Source: Myxococcales bacterium (GTDB lineage: Bacteria > Myxococcota_A > Polyangia > Polyangiales > Polyangiaceae). Taken from it: a DNA stretch of 64,000 nucleotides. The position numbers and the translations under genes are program-made. Below are positions 9,475 through 19,492 of this stretch, in pieces. The notes under the pieces are model-generated. The model saw nothing but the letters and a program-made list of their open reading frames with translations, made no database searches and was not told the DNA's origin. Each line of letters opens with the position of its first letter. Position 1 is the stretch's first letter. The stretch spans positions 1 to 64,000 of the forward strand of contig JAYTOU010000064.1 in assembly GCA_043747615.1 (NCBI GenBank). Direction: 5' to 3'.

Positions 9475-10317
9475 CTACTTGGTGATGGCTTCCCAGTTGT
9501 CACTGATCTCTTGAGCGCTCCACACGCCGTTCTCGCCGTCTTTGAATTTGCCGGCGGTCTCGATGACCTTGAAGCAGTACATGCGTGCGCCGGCGACGGC
9601 GAGGACGTAGCCGGTGCGATCGCCGCACAGGTCGCTCGACAAGAAGAGTGCGGCCGGTGCGATGTGATCGGGGGTCATCGAGTCGACGCCCGCGAACATC
9701 GGCAGATCCTCGGTCATCCGCGTCTTGGCGATGGGCGCGATGGCGTTGACCGTGATGCGGTGCTTCTGGAGCTCGATCGACGTGGTGCGCGTGAGGCCGT
9801 AAATGCCTGCTTTTGCCGCCGCATAATTGGCCTGCCCGAAGTTGCCGAGCATCCCGCTTACGCTCGTGGTGTTGACGATGCGCCCGCCGCCGCTTTGGAT
9901 GACGACCTGCTTTGCGAACGCTTGCGAACAGAGAAACGCGCCCTTCAAATGCACCGCGATGACGGTGTCGAACATGCTTTCGTCCATCTTGAGAAAGCTC
10001 TTGTCGCGGAGGATTCCGGCGTTGTTTACCAGGATGTCTGCGCGCCCAAAGGCATCGACCGCCGACTTCACGATGTTCGCGGCGCCTTCCGCGGTGGCGA
10101 CGGAGTCGTAGTTGGGGACGGCTTCTCCGCCGAGCTTCTTGATCTCGTCGGCCACGACCTTCGCGGCGCTCGTGTCGCTGCCGGCGCCGTCGCGCGTTCC
10201 GCCGAGATCGTTGATGACGAGCTTCGCGCCCTCTTTTGCGAGGAGCAGAGCGTGCGCGCGCCCGATGCCGCCGCCCGAACCAGTGACGATCGCGACTTTG
10301 CCGTCCAAAAGACCCAT
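9475..10317 (-). CDS. Short-chain dehydrogenase, MFE-2/HSD17B4-like (3R-hydroxyacyl-CoA dehydrogenase-like)
   Basis: Start MGLLDGK after AGGAG; TGSGGGIG, INDLGG, NNAGILRD, GNFGQANYAAAK. Confidence 0.9.
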   Translation of the reverse strand: MGLLDGKVAIVTGSGGGIGRAHALLLAKEGAKLVINDLGGTRDGAGSDTSAAKVVADEIKKLGGEAVPNYDSVATAEGAANIVKSAVDAFGRADILVNNAGILRDKSFLKMDESMFDTVIAVHLKGAFLCSQAFAKQVVIQSGGGRIVNTTSVSGMLGNFGQANYAAAKAGIYGLTRTTSIELQKHRITVNAIAPIAKTRMTEDLPMFAGVDSMTPDHIAPAALFLSSDLCGDRTGYVLAVAGARMYCFKVIETAGKFKDGENGVWSAQEISDNWEAITK

Positions 10318-10441
10318 GACGAACTCTCCTTCGTTTGCAGCGTTGTGAAGCCGGTTTGAGTACTTGCGCGCCCGCCTCCTGTCCACACCCAGCGACGCGC
10401 GACGCGATACCCGACGGAGTGCTCTGCTACGATCTCGAGTC

Positions 10442-11941
10442 ATGCGCTCTCTTCGCGTCCTTGCGCCCTGCGCACTCGCTTTTATCTCGGCTGTCTCCTG
10501 CAGCTCGCCCAAAGCGGCTTCCGGATCGCCCGACGAAGTCAGTTTTCCGAGCGGCTTCATGTGGGGCTCCGCGTCCGCGGCATTCCAGGTCGAAAAAGGG
10601 AACGCCCACACGGACTGGGGCCACTGGGTCGCGACGACCGGAAAAATCAAGAACGGAGACTCGCCCGACGTCGGCGGCCCGGATGCATTTTCTCACTTCG
10701 ACGACGACATTAAGGCGCTCAAGGACAGCGGACAGAACTCCTACCGCTTCTCCGTCGAATGGGGCCGCATCTACCCGACGCGCGCGGCCTTCGATGCCGA
10801 CACGCCGGATGCGGCAGCGGTCACGGCCTACGACTCGCTCCTCAGTAAGCTGAAGGCGGCGGGGATCACGCCGATGGTCACGCTCAACCACTTCGCGCTG
10901 CCCGACTACCTTTCCGACGTCACCAAGCCGACCGCGCCGCAGGGCTGGGAAAATCAAGAGACGACCGATCTCTTCGTGCAGTTCTGCTCACGCATGGGCA
11001 AACGCTGGGGAGACAAAGTCGATTGGTGGGTGACGATCAACGAGCCGCTCGTGGTGGTGGTGGCCGGCTACATCCAGGGCGGTTCGCCTCCGGGTGTGGC
11101 GCTCGATCCGACGCGCGGATTCGCGGTTGCCAAAGCGATGGTGCGTGCGCATGCGAAGGCGTTCGATGCTCTTCACGCCGCGGATACCGTTGACGCCGAC
11201 GGGGACGGGAAGGCGGCGCTGGTTTCGGTCGCGGCGCATCAGCGCACGTTTCATCCGAGCGATCCCACCGAACCGGATGACGTGACCGCCGCCGAGCACG
11301 TTCGCTACATCTGGAATTTGTGGTTTCTCAACGCCCTGGTGAAAGGCGACTACGACGAAGATCTCAACGGGGACCTCACCGGTTCAAGTGATCGCGTCGC
11401 CGATCCGGCGCTCAAGGGTCGCCTCGATTACATCGGCATCAACTACTATTCCGACACGCTTATCAGCGCCCACCACGGCGTCCTCATCCCGATCATCAAC
11501 GCTGCCGTGACCCAAGATCACCTCACTACTGGGCGCGCGAAGACGGACGTCGCCTGGGACATTTATCCGGAAGGGTTCAAGACCGTCCTCGGCGAGGCGA
11601 AGGCGTACGGTCTCCCGGTCGTGGTGACCGAAAACGGGATCGCCGATCGCACCGACCGGAATCGAGCTCGTTTCCTCGCAGAGCACATCTACCAAATGGG
11701 CTGGGCCATGAAGGAGGGCCTCGACGTGCGCGGCTACTTTCATTGGTCGCTCCTCGACAACTTTGAATGGCAGAGCGGTTTTTGCCCGAAATTCGGCTTA
11801 GAATCCGTAGATCCGCTCACTGGCGTGCGCACGGCCCGGTCCAGCGTGCAGACCTACAAATCGATCATCACCGCGAACAAAGTGACCAAAGGACAAATTG
11901 CTGCGCTCCCTCCGTATACCGACGGCACCTTCTGCCCGTAG
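10442..11941 (+). CDS. Glycoside hydrolase family 1 (beta-glucosidase-like) lipoprotein
   Basis: FPSGFMWGSASAAFQVE, YRFSVEWGRI, TINEP acid/base, VTENG nucleophile, WSLLDNFEW; signal peptide with lipobox AVSC. Confidence 0.93.
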   Translation: MRSLRVLAPCALAFISAVSCSSPKAASGSPDEVSFPSGFMWGSASAAFQVEKGNAHTDWGHWVATTGKIKNGDSPDVGGPDAFSHFDDDIKALKDSGQNSYRFSVEWGRIYPTRAAFDADTPDAAAVTAYDSLLSKLKAAGITPMVTLNHFALPDYLSDVTKPTAPQGWENQETTDLFVQFCSRMGKRWGDKVDWWVTINEPLVVVVAGYIQGGSPPGVALDPTRGFAVAKAMVRAHAKAFDALHAADTVDADGDGKAALVSVAAHQRTFHPSDPTEPDDVTAAEHVRYIWNLWFLNALVKGDYDEDLNGDLTGSSDRVADPALKGRLDYIGINYYSDTLISAHHGVLIPIINAAVTQDHLTTGRAKTDVAWDIYPEGFKTVLGEAKAYGLPVVVTENGIADRTDRNRARFLAEHIYQMGWAMKEGLDVRGYFHWSLLDNFEWQSGFCPKFGLESVDPLTGVRTARSSVQTYKSIITANKVTKGQIAALPPYTDGTFCP

Positions 11942-12020
11942 CGGTCCTTGACGGCGCGCGCGACGCGGTGCTAGCCACTGAATGGCGATTCACTTTTGGG
12001 ATTTTCAGGAGGCGATGGCG

Positions 12021-12350
12021 ATGGGCGTTGATGTCAAAAAGCTGTTCAACGAAGAGCTCCCGGCGGCTCTCGAAAAAAACAAAGACGACGCCAAGACGAT
12101 TGGCGCCAAATACCAGATGAACGTCACCGGCGAAGGTGAATGGAGCATCGACGTCTCGGCGACGGGACCGTCCTGCGTGGCGGGCAACGGCCCTGCCGAC
12201 TGCACGATTACGCTCGCGGCGGAGGACTTTCAGAAGCTCATCGAGAATCCCCAGGCCAACGGAATGCAGCTCTTTTTTGCGGGCAAGCTGAAGGTTGCGG
12301 GCAATCAGATGCTAGCGATGAAGCTGCAGAAGCTGTTCAGCTACAAGTGA
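12021..12350 (+). CDS. SCP2 sterol/lipid-binding domain protein
   Basis: AGGAGG RBS; ADCTITL...MQLFFAGKLKVAGNQMLAMKL signature. Confidence 0.9.
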   Translation: MGVDVKKLFNEELPAALEKNKDDAKTIGAKYQMNVTGEGEWSIDVSATGPSCVAGNGPADCTITLAAEDFQKLIENPQANGMQLFFAGKLKVAGNQMLAMKLQKLFSYK

Positions 12351-12374
12351 CCTGAGAGTTTCTGTCGGCGATCG

Positions 12375-12416
12375 GAGGCCCCTTTCTGCGTGTTTGCGGG
12401 AGGGGGTTTTTCGTTT
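12375..12416 (+). terminator. Probable intrinsic terminator
   Basis: GGCCCCTTTCTGC / GCGGGAGGGGGTT stem with G-U pairs followed by a T-rich tract, after SCP2 stop. Confidence 0.55.
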
Positions 12417-12455
12417 GCATTGAATGGCCCGCGCGGCGAGCGCGTAGGAGTGTCA

Positions 12456-13613
12456 ATGGTTCCTCTGAAAGGCATCAAAGTCCTCGATTTGAGTCGCCTT
12501 CTTCCTGGGCCCTTCGCTTCGCTCGTGCTCGCAGATCTCGGCGCGCAAGTAGACAAAATCGAGGACGTGGTCGGCGGTGACTACCTTCGCCACATGCCGC
12601 CTCAGGTCGGCGATCAGTCGAGCATTTTCCTCTCGATCAATCGCAATAAGCGAAGCGCCTCTCTTGACTTGAAGAAGCCTGCGGGGAAGCGCGCGCTGCT
12701 CGCGCTCGTCAAAAACTACGACGTGGTCATCGACCAGTTTCGTCCGCAGGTGCTCGATCGCCTCGGTCTGTCTCACGCCACGCTGCGAGAAGCGAACCCT
12801 CGGCTCATTGTGTGCGCCCTCACTGGCTACGGCCAGGACGGGCCTCTTTCCCTGCGCGCTGGTCACGACATCAACTACCTAGCGCGCGCTGGAATTCTCG
12901 GGTTTCAAGGGCCGCCCGGCGCTCCCCCGGCAATGCCTGGGTTCCAGCTCGCCGACATCGGCGGGGCCCTCTGGTCGGTCATCGGCATTCTCGCCGCGCT
13001 CGCCGAACGCGCTCGCACCGGCGAAGGGAGCGTCGTCGACATCTCGATGATGGAGGCGGCCATGGGATTTGGCGCCGTTGGCTTCGGGATGATGACCGGC
13101 GGAGAAAGTCCGCGGCGCGGAGACGAAGCGCTCACCGGCGCCATCGCGCCCTACGGTATCTACGCCACGAAAGACGATCGTGCGGTGAGCCTTGGCGCGC
13201 TCGAGCCGAAGTTCTGGACCGCGTTCTGCGCGGGGGTGGGGATGGACGCGGAGATGAGCGCGCTCATGCCCGGTCCGCACCAAATCGCCTTGAAAACAAG
13301 GGTGGCGGAGATCTTCCGCTCCCGCACGCTCGCCGACTGGATCACCTTCGGACGCGAGGTCGACTGCTGCCTCGAGCCGGTGCTGCTTCCCGAAGAGATC
13401 CAAACGGATCCCCACGTGGTGTCGCGTGAGGTGTTCTTCGATCTCCCGTCCCCTTGGGGAGACCTCCTTCAGATGCGTCTGCCGATCACGCCGCGCGGCA
13501 TGGAGCACCGCGCTCCGCCAAAGCAAGGCGAGCACACCGATGCGATCTTGCGCGAGGCTGGGCTCTCCGACGACGAGATCGCGTTGATGCGCGCTGACGG
13601 CTCCGCGCGCTAG
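12456..13613 (+). CDS. CaiB/BaiF family III CoA-transferase / alpha-methylacyl-CoA racemase-like
   Basis: LDLSRLLPGPF, LADLGA, NRNKRS, GYGQDG, AGHDINY, ADIGG. Confidence 0.92.
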   Translation: MVPLKGIKVLDLSRLLPGPFASLVLADLGAQVDKIEDVVGGDYLRHMPPQVGDQSSIFLSINRNKRSASLDLKKPAGKRALLALVKNYDVVIDQFRPQVLDRLGLSHATLREANPRLIVCALTGYGQDGPLSLRAGHDINYLARAGILGFQGPPGAPPAMPGFQLADIGGALWSVIGILAALAERARTGEGSVVDISMMEAAMGFGAVGFGMMTGGESPRRGDEALTGAIAPYGIYATKDDRAVSLGALEPKFWTAFCAGVGMDAEMSALMPGPHQIALKTRVAEIFRSRTLADWITFGREVDCCLEPVLLPEEIQTDPHVVSREVFFDLPSPWGDLLQMRLPITPRGMEHRAPPKQGEHTDAILREAGLSDDEIALMRADGSAR

Positions 13614-13618
13614 GCGGC

Positions 13619-14620
13619 CTACACCAGCTTTCGGAGCTCCTCGAGAAACTCGCGATCGGCGACGAAACCTTTTCGGGCCATGAGCGCGATGATCGCCCTG
13701 AAAATAGGCTCCCACTTCTCGTCGTCCGCGGCACCCGCGTCTTTGCCCTGTGTCGCTGCGCGGAGGGCTGCGACGAGGTCCGTGGCGGTAATCTCGGCGA
13801 CGGCCTCGCGCACAGCCGTACCTTTTCGCGCTGCACGCTTTGGAAACTGGATCATGGTGCCGTCGAGGAGGGTGAGCCCACTCAAGCCGGTCGAACCGCC
13901 CTGCTGTCGCTTTGGTCGGGGGAGCGAGATTTCCGTGGCCTCGATCTCGGGCGCGGCGTCCGGGCTGTCCCCGCTCGCGCTTACGACCGGGGCGGCCGGC
14001 GCTTCCTCTTCGTCGATGAGCTCTTCGGGCGGAAGGGAAACGCCCCCCTCCTTGGGCTCAGCCGGCAAAGCGACCCGCGCGGCGCGCGACGGAAGCGGCG
14101 GGCGTTGGGCCTGGGTCGGCGCGGTTCCCTGCACGGAGGGCGCTTGCTGCACGTGCGTGGTGGGCGCGACGTCGGCGTCCCCCCCGTAATAGAGCCGAAT
14201 CGCGTTCCGGATGTCGCTCTGCCCCGCGATCATCGGGCGCACCGGAAGGCCCGCAACTTTCGCAGCTTCCGCGATCGCGACGTCGTTCGTGGGGTCGTTC
14301 ATCGCCACGTAGAGCGTGTCGCCCTGCTTTCGCACGCGTCGGACGTAGATGGGCACCAAGGCGAACTTTTCCGCCACGTCGCGAGGCACCAAGTTCAGGA
14401 GCTGACGGGAGAACTCGATGTGGGAGAGCGAAACCCATGGGACCGAGAGCTGCTGGCCGAGAAGCTGCGTCAGCTGGGTCTCGGTGACGAGCCCACGCTC
14501 CACCAGCAGATCCCCAATCCGCTGCCCGTCCGTCCGGCGAATTTCCAGAGCTTGGTCGAGCTGCGCCTGCGTGATGAACTTCGCAGAAACCAGCAATTCA
14601 CCTATGCGCAGCCGTGCCAC
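13619..14620 (-). CDS. MshEN/GspE-N domain protein (putative c-di-GMP receptor, no ATPase)
   Basis: Tandem RIGELLV...ITQAQLDQAL and RIGDLLVERGLVTETQL motifs, then LYVAMNDP; low-complexity linker and small C-terminal helical domain; GTG start inferred. Confidence 0.85.
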   Translation of the reverse strand: MARLRIGELLVSAKFITQAQLDQALEIRRTDGQRIGDLLVERGLVTETQLTQLLGQQLSVPWVSLSHIEFSRQLLNLVPRDVAEKFALVPIYVRRVRKQGDTLYVAMNDPTNDVAIAEAAKVAGLPVRPMIAGQSDIRNAIRLYYGGDADVAPTTHVQQAPSVQGTAPTQAQRPPLPSRAARVALPAEPKEGGVSLPPEELIDEEEAPAAPVVSASGDSPDAAPEIEATEISLPRPKRQQGGSTGLSGLTLLDGTMIQFPKRAARKGTAVREAVAEITATDLVAALRAATQGKDAGAADDEKWEPIFRAIIALMARKGFVADREFLEELRKLV

Positions 14621-14723
14621 TGCGGAATCGTGACACGACCGGGGCAATTCCTCCAAAAAGTCCGGCAAAAGGGACGTTGCATCTTCCCAGATCCGATACC
14701 CTGCCCTAACTACCGGTGTTATC

Positions 14724-17465
14724 TTGAGTGACAGTCCGACGCGACCTTGCCCGCAATGTGGATATGCGTGCGACCAGACGCATAAGTTCTGTCCATCGTG
14801 CGGGTTTCCGATCGGTCAAATTTCGAAAGACACCGACGATCCGCTCATCGGACGGACCCTGCCGGGCGGGTATGTCATCCTCGAGCTCGTCGGCGTTGGT
14901 GGCATGGGGCGCGTCTACCGGGCCGAGCAGACCACGCTCGGACGGACCGTCGCCGTCAAGATCGTCCACCCGCACCTCGTCGGCGAGGAGAGCGCCGTCG
15001 CCCGGTTCATCACCGAAGCACGCGCGGCCAGCCGTCTCAACCACCCGAACTCGGTCGGCGTCATCGACTTCGGAAAGACCTCCGACGAGCAGCTCTATCT
15101 CGTCATGGAGTTTCTCCGCGGGCGTGACCTCGCGCGCGTCGCGTACGAAGAGGGGCCGCTCCCCTTCCGTCGCATCGTCGACATTCTGAAGCAGACGCTC
15201 GCGGCGCTCGGAGAAGCGCACCACCTCGAGATCATTCATCGCGATCTGAAGCCCGAAAACATTATTTTGGAGCCGATGCGCGCGGGCGGTGACTTCGTCA
15301 AAGTCGTCGACTTCGGCCTCGCGAAGATGCGCCAGGAAGCGACCGCGCCATCCATCACGAGCCCGGGCATCGTCTGCGGAACGCCCGAATACATGAGCCC
15401 CGAGCAAGGTCGCGGCGATCCGCTCGACCCCCGAAGCGATCTCTACGCCGTGGGCGTCGTCCTCTTTCAGCTCTTGACCGGGCGCCTCCCATTCGAGGCC
15501 GAGTCGCCGACCCAGGTCGTCCTGATGCACCTCTCGAAGGCGCCGCCCGATCCGCGGCAGATAGCGCCGGACCGCAAGATTCCCCGAGTCCTCGCGGATC
15601 TCGTCCTTCGCGCGCTCTCGAAAGACCCGGAGGATCGCCCGCTCACCGCCGACCAGTTCACGAACGAGCTCACCGGCGCGATGCTCCAGATCGAGGGCGG
15701 GCCGCCGAGCGGACGCACGTCGACCCAGAGCGCTGTTCGCTGCCCCAAGTGCGGTGCGATGAATGCGCTCACCCAGAAATTTTGCGGGGAGTGCGGGAAC
15801 GGGATCTCCATGTCCGCGCCGCGCCTTGCGGGAACCGAGCTGCAGGGACCGAAGATTACCCAGTCGAGCGACGCCGTCCTCTCGCGGCGAGCCAACAAGA
15901 GCGCCGAGCACCGCGTCCGATTTCCGCTTCCGCTCGTGGGACGCGACGACGATCTCGCCTGGCTCGAGGACCGTCGGAATGACGCGCGTACGAGCGTCTG
16001 CGCGGCGCGTGTGGTGGGCGACTCGGGCATGGGAAAGACCCGTCTGCTCCGGGAATTTCTCCTGATTTCCGCGGCCGCGGGGGACACCGTGGTCGTCACC
16101 GGTCCAGACCCTGCGTGGGCCGAGGTCGGCTACTACGCCGTGAAGAAGGCCATCTCTTTGCTCGCGCAACTTCCAACCGATGGAGGCACGACGCGGGATT
16201 GGGTGAACTCCAGCGCCGAAGCGCGTCAAGGGCTCGCCGACGTCTATCAGACCCAGGGCTCGCTTCGCCCCGAAGCACGCCTCTCGCCGGACGAGCGGCG
16301 GTTCGCTGCCGCCGAAGCGTTGCGCTGGGCACTGACCCGGGCGAACGAGCGCTCACGCGGTCGCCGGATCGTCCTTGCGGTCGACGATCTGCAGAGCGTC
16401 GACGGATCGAGTCGCAACGCGTTCGCCGATGCCATCGCCGAGCCGCCGCTCTTGCCGGTGCTTCTCGTGGGAACGCACGTACCGGAGTTCAATCCCGATT
16501 GGCCAACGCACGCCGCGCCCCCACGCGTCATCGGAGGCCTTCCCGCGCAGATGGTGACGAAGTTGATCGCCTCGAGCGGCGCACCGAGCAGCCCTTCGCT
16601 GAGCGGCGGCCGCGGCATCGCCCCACTCTACGTGGATCAACTTCTTCGTTTCATGAAGGAGCACGGTTCGGGCGCGCCGGCTCGCTTGGCAGACATCATC
16701 TCCCTTCGCGTCGAGCGTCTTCCGGCCGACGCCCGCCGAGTGCTTCAGGCCATTGCCATCGTCGGAGACGACTCGCGCGTGGCCACGATCCGACCGCTCC
16801 TCCTCCAAGCCGAGGAGTCGCGGGTCGAAGAGGGCCTCCAGGTGCTCCGCCGCGTCGGGATGATCGACGACACGGAGGATGGCGCCATTCGCACCTCCCA
16901 TCCGCTCCTGCGCGAGGTCGTGTTGGCGACCATCCCCGCCGCGGTACGAAAAGAGCTCCATGGTCTCGCGGCCCAAGCGAGCGAAGGCAGAGGAGCCGCC
17001 ATCGAAGTGCGCGCGATGCACGAGGTGCATGCCCAAAACGCGTTCGAAGCTCTTATTTTGCTGGAGCGCGTGAGCGCGCAATGCGCATCGCGGGGCGACA
17101 CAGCGGGCTTGGTGATGGCCCTCCGGCGAGGCCTTGAGCTCGCGAGGCGTGAGCTCTTTCGTGGTGAGCTCGACGATCCGATGCACGCCGTTCTCATCTT
17201 CAGCCGCAAGCTTGGCGAAGCGCTCGCCCTTTCGGGCGCGTACATCGATGCCGAAGGCGTTCTGCGCGAGGCGCTCGATATGGTCGGCCCCAGCGGTCAG
17301 GATCGCGCGCGTGTGCTCGGTGCGCTCGCTCATGTGGCGCACGGGCGCGAGCGTCGGCAAGAGGCGCAAGCCTATCTCCGCGAGGCACTCGAGCTCGCCA
17401 ATCGCTCCAACGCGCACGATCTGGTGAGCTCCCTCCAGGATCTCAAACGCGCGATCGCTTCCTGA
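14724..17465 (+). CDS. Ser/Thr protein kinase with double zinc ribbons, P-loop ATPase and C-terminal TPR-like region
   Basis: CPQC/CPSC; GVGGMG, VAVK, HRDLKPEN, DFG, GTPEYMSPE; CPKC/CGEC; Walker A GDSGMGKT, Walker B VLAVDD. Confidence 0.93.
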   Translation: MSDSPTRPCPQCGYACDQTHKFCPSCGFPIGQISKDTDDPLIGRTLPGGYVILELVGVGGMGRVYRAEQTTLGRTVAVKIVHPHLVGEESAVARFITEARAASRLNHPNSVGVIDFGKTSDEQLYLVMEFLRGRDLARVAYEEGPLPFRRIVDILKQTLAALGEAHHLEIIHRDLKPENIILEPMRAGGDFVKVVDFGLAKMRQEATAPSITSPGIVCGTPEYMSPEQGRGDPLDPRSDLYAVGVVLFQLLTGRLPFEAESPTQVVLMHLSKAPPDPRQIAPDRKIPRVLADLVLRALSKDPEDRPLTADQFTNELTGAMLQIEGGPPSGRTSTQSAVRCPKCGAMNALTQKFCGECGNGISMSAPRLAGTELQGPKITQSSDAVLSRRANKSAEHRVRFPLPLVGRDDDLAWLEDRRNDARTSVCAARVVGDSGMGKTRLLREFLLISAAAGDTVVVTGPDPAWAEVGYYAVKKAISLLAQLPTDGGTTRDWVNSSAEARQGLADVYQTQGSLRPEARLSPDERRFAAAEALRWALTRANERSRGRRIVLAVDDLQSVDGSSRNAFADAIAEPPLLPVLLVGTHVPEFNPDWPTHAAPPRVIGGLPAQMVTKLIASSGAPSSPSLSGGRGIAPLYVDQLLRFMKEHGSGAPARLADIISLRVERLPADARRVLQAIAIVGDDSRVATIRPLLLQAEESRVEEGLQVLRRVGMIDDTEDGAIRTSHPLLREVVLATIPAAVRKELHGLAAQASEGRGAAIEVRAMHEVHAQNAFEALILLERVSAQCASRGDTAGLVMALRRGLELARRELFRGELDDPMHAVLIFSRKLGEALALSGAYIDAEGVLREALDMVGPSGQDRARVLGALAHVAHGRERRQEAQAYLREALELANRSNAHDLVSSLQDLKRAIAS

Positions 17466-17467
17466 GC

Positions 17468-18424
17468 ATGCGCTGCTTCGGTCGCGCCGCCCTGGCGGTG
17501 CTGATGGTTGTATCATGCAATCATCCCGGCGACCCCGCACCGCTGGCCCCGGAGGCCCCCGAGCGGCCTGTCGCGCCCCCCAAGACGCTTTATGAGCTCG
17601 CCGCCAAGTGTGCGATCATCTCGAGCTGCGCGAGACCGCATGATCCTCCGCGCATCCGTGAGCCTTCGGTCTGCGTCGAGAGCTGGCTCCAGCGCGGCGG
17701 AGATGATTGCCTCCTCAAGGCAAATACGTGTGCAGCCGTCGACCTGTGCCTTCACGCGGGAAACGACGTCCTCGCCGCCTCCTTTTGCGCGGCTCACCCC
17801 GGGGCCCTGGGCGCGTGCGACGATCGAAACCGCTTCGTCAGCTGCGGCGAAGATAGGGTGACGCCCGTCGACTGCGGCGTTCTCGGCGCGACGTGCGGAG
17901 AGAGTCGCTCGGCCGGTGGCCTCATCGTCCGCGGATGCATTTCGCGCGCGCTCTGCCCAGCCGGTGCGCCCGACGCACGATGCGAAGGGAAGGGAGCCGT
18001 CCTCAGCTGCAATGACGGAATCGTAGATCGCGTCACCTGCCCGAGCGGCGAGCAATGCGAGGAGCACCGCGAAGCCGACGGTGAGCAGACGGCCATGTGC
18101 GAAATCAGTGGAGATGATCACTGCGACGACGTCGGCGCGAGCGCCTGCCGCGAAGAGCAGCTGGTCGAGTGCCTCCCCCACGGTCATTTCGGAGCCAAGC
18201 GCAGCACCGATTGCGGAAAATTGGGCTTGGTGTGCCGCGCACGAGGACGCCAGGCCGCATGCGTCGTCGCCAAGCCGACATGCGCTTCTGGGCCTGCTCG
18301 CTGCGAGAACGGCCTCCTCGTCTTCTGCGCTGCGGGAGTAGAGATGAAAGTCTCGTGCGCCGCGGTTGGGCTTGGTCGATGCGATCCCGACACGCATGGG
18401 CCCGAGGCGGCATGCGTTAGGTGA
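17468..18424 (+). CDS. Cysteine-rich lipoprotein
   Basis: Signal peptide with lipobox VVSC; 32 Cys in 318 aa in repeating spacing; starts 2 bp after kinase stop. Confidence 0.8.
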   Translation: MRCFGRAALAVLMVVSCNHPGDPAPLAPEAPERPVAPPKTLYELAAKCAIISSCARPHDPPRIREPSVCVESWLQRGGDDCLLKANTCAAVDLCLHAGNDVLAASFCAAHPGALGACDDRNRFVSCGEDRVTPVDCGVLGATCGESRSAGGLIVRGCISRALCPAGAPDARCEGKGAVLSCNDGIVDRVTCPSGEQCEEHREADGEQTAMCEISGDDHCDDVGASACREEQLVECLPHGHFGAKRSTDCGKLGLVCRARGRQAACVVAKPTCASGPARCENGLLVFCAAGVEMKVSCAAVGLGRCDPDTHGPEAACVR

Positions 18425-19491
18425 TAGACTCTCGCGTCCGCACGATGGATAGATCGACCGACACCGGGTCCGACCCACTCCGCCACATTGCACGGTGGGA
18501 TCTCGACAAGACCTACCTCCGGACGGAGTTCGATACGCTGCGCGATCTCGTACGCACGGCTTTCGAGCGGCCAGACGAGAAGCGCACCAATCCGGGGGCG
18601 GCCACGCTCCTGCGCGAAATGGTTCGCGCCGGCATCTCGGTGCACATTCTGTCGGGCTCGCCGGAGCAGATGCGCCGCAAGCTCGAGGACAAGCTCCGTC
18701 TCGATGGCATCAAGTGGGACAGCTTCACCCTCAAGCCGAATTTGCAAAACGCACTTCGCCTACGTTTTCGTGCGATCAAAGATCAGCTTGGATACAAGCT
18801 TCCCGCGCTGCTCCATGCTCGCGCAAAGGCCACGCCTCCCGCCGCAGGAACGACCGGCGTACGTCGCGAAACGCTCTTCGGAGACGACGCGGAGGCCGAC
18901 GCCTTCGTTTACTCGCTCTACGCAGATACCGTCTCTGGTCACGTCGAAGAAGACGCGCTCCTCGAGATTTGCGAGCAGGGCCGTCTCTACCCCGACGTGA
19001 CCGAAGACATCGTGCGAACTGCGCAGCAGCTCGAGCACGCCGAAGTGGTGGAGCGTATTCTCATTCACCTCGAGCGTCAGACGCCGCCCGACACCTTCCG
19101 CATCTACGGCGGGCGCGTGATCCCTTTTTACAATTACTTGCAGGCTGCATTCGTCGTTTTCGAAGATGGCCGCCTGTCGGGTGATGCGGTCCTCCGGGTC
19201 GGCGTCGAGCTCCTCGTGCAGCACCGCTTCGACGGCGAAGGCCTGGCGCGCAGCTACCTGGATCTCGCGCGCCGCGGGCACCTTCGTGGGACAGGGATCG
19301 ACGAGCTCGAGAAATCTCTGGAGCGCTTGGAAGGGGAGAAGCTCCCGGCATTCGCCGAGCTCAGGCGAATGATGGCTCGTCTACCCAAGATGGCGGAGGC
19401 CGCCAAGGAGACCTTCCGCGGCAACGACCAACCGCTCCCGGATTACGTCTCTCTCGTCGCGCGCCACAACCCACGCAAAAAAAAGAGTTAG
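18421..19491 (+). CDS. HAD-like phosphatase (App1/LNS2-like)
   Basis: WDLDKT (DxDxT), ILSGSP, LFGDD; GTGA overlap with upstream gene. Confidence 0.72.
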   Translation: MIDSRVRTMDRSTDTGSDPLRHIARWDLDKTYLRTEFDTLRDLVRTAFERPDEKRTNPGAATLLREMVRAGISVHILSGSPEQMRRKLEDKLRLDGIKWDSFTLKPNLQNALRLRFRAIKDQLGYKLPALLHARAKATPPAAGTTGVRRETLFGDDAEADAFVYSLYADTVSGHVEEDALLEICEQGRLYPDVTEDIVRTAQQLEHAEVVERILIHLERQTPPDTFRIYGGRVIPFYNYLQAAFVVFEDGRLSGDAVLRVGVELLVQHRFDGEGLARSYLDLARRGHLRGTGIDELEKSLERLEGEKLPAFAELRRMMARLPKMAEAAKETFRGNDQPLPDYVSLVARHNPRKKKS

Positions 19492-19492
19492 C

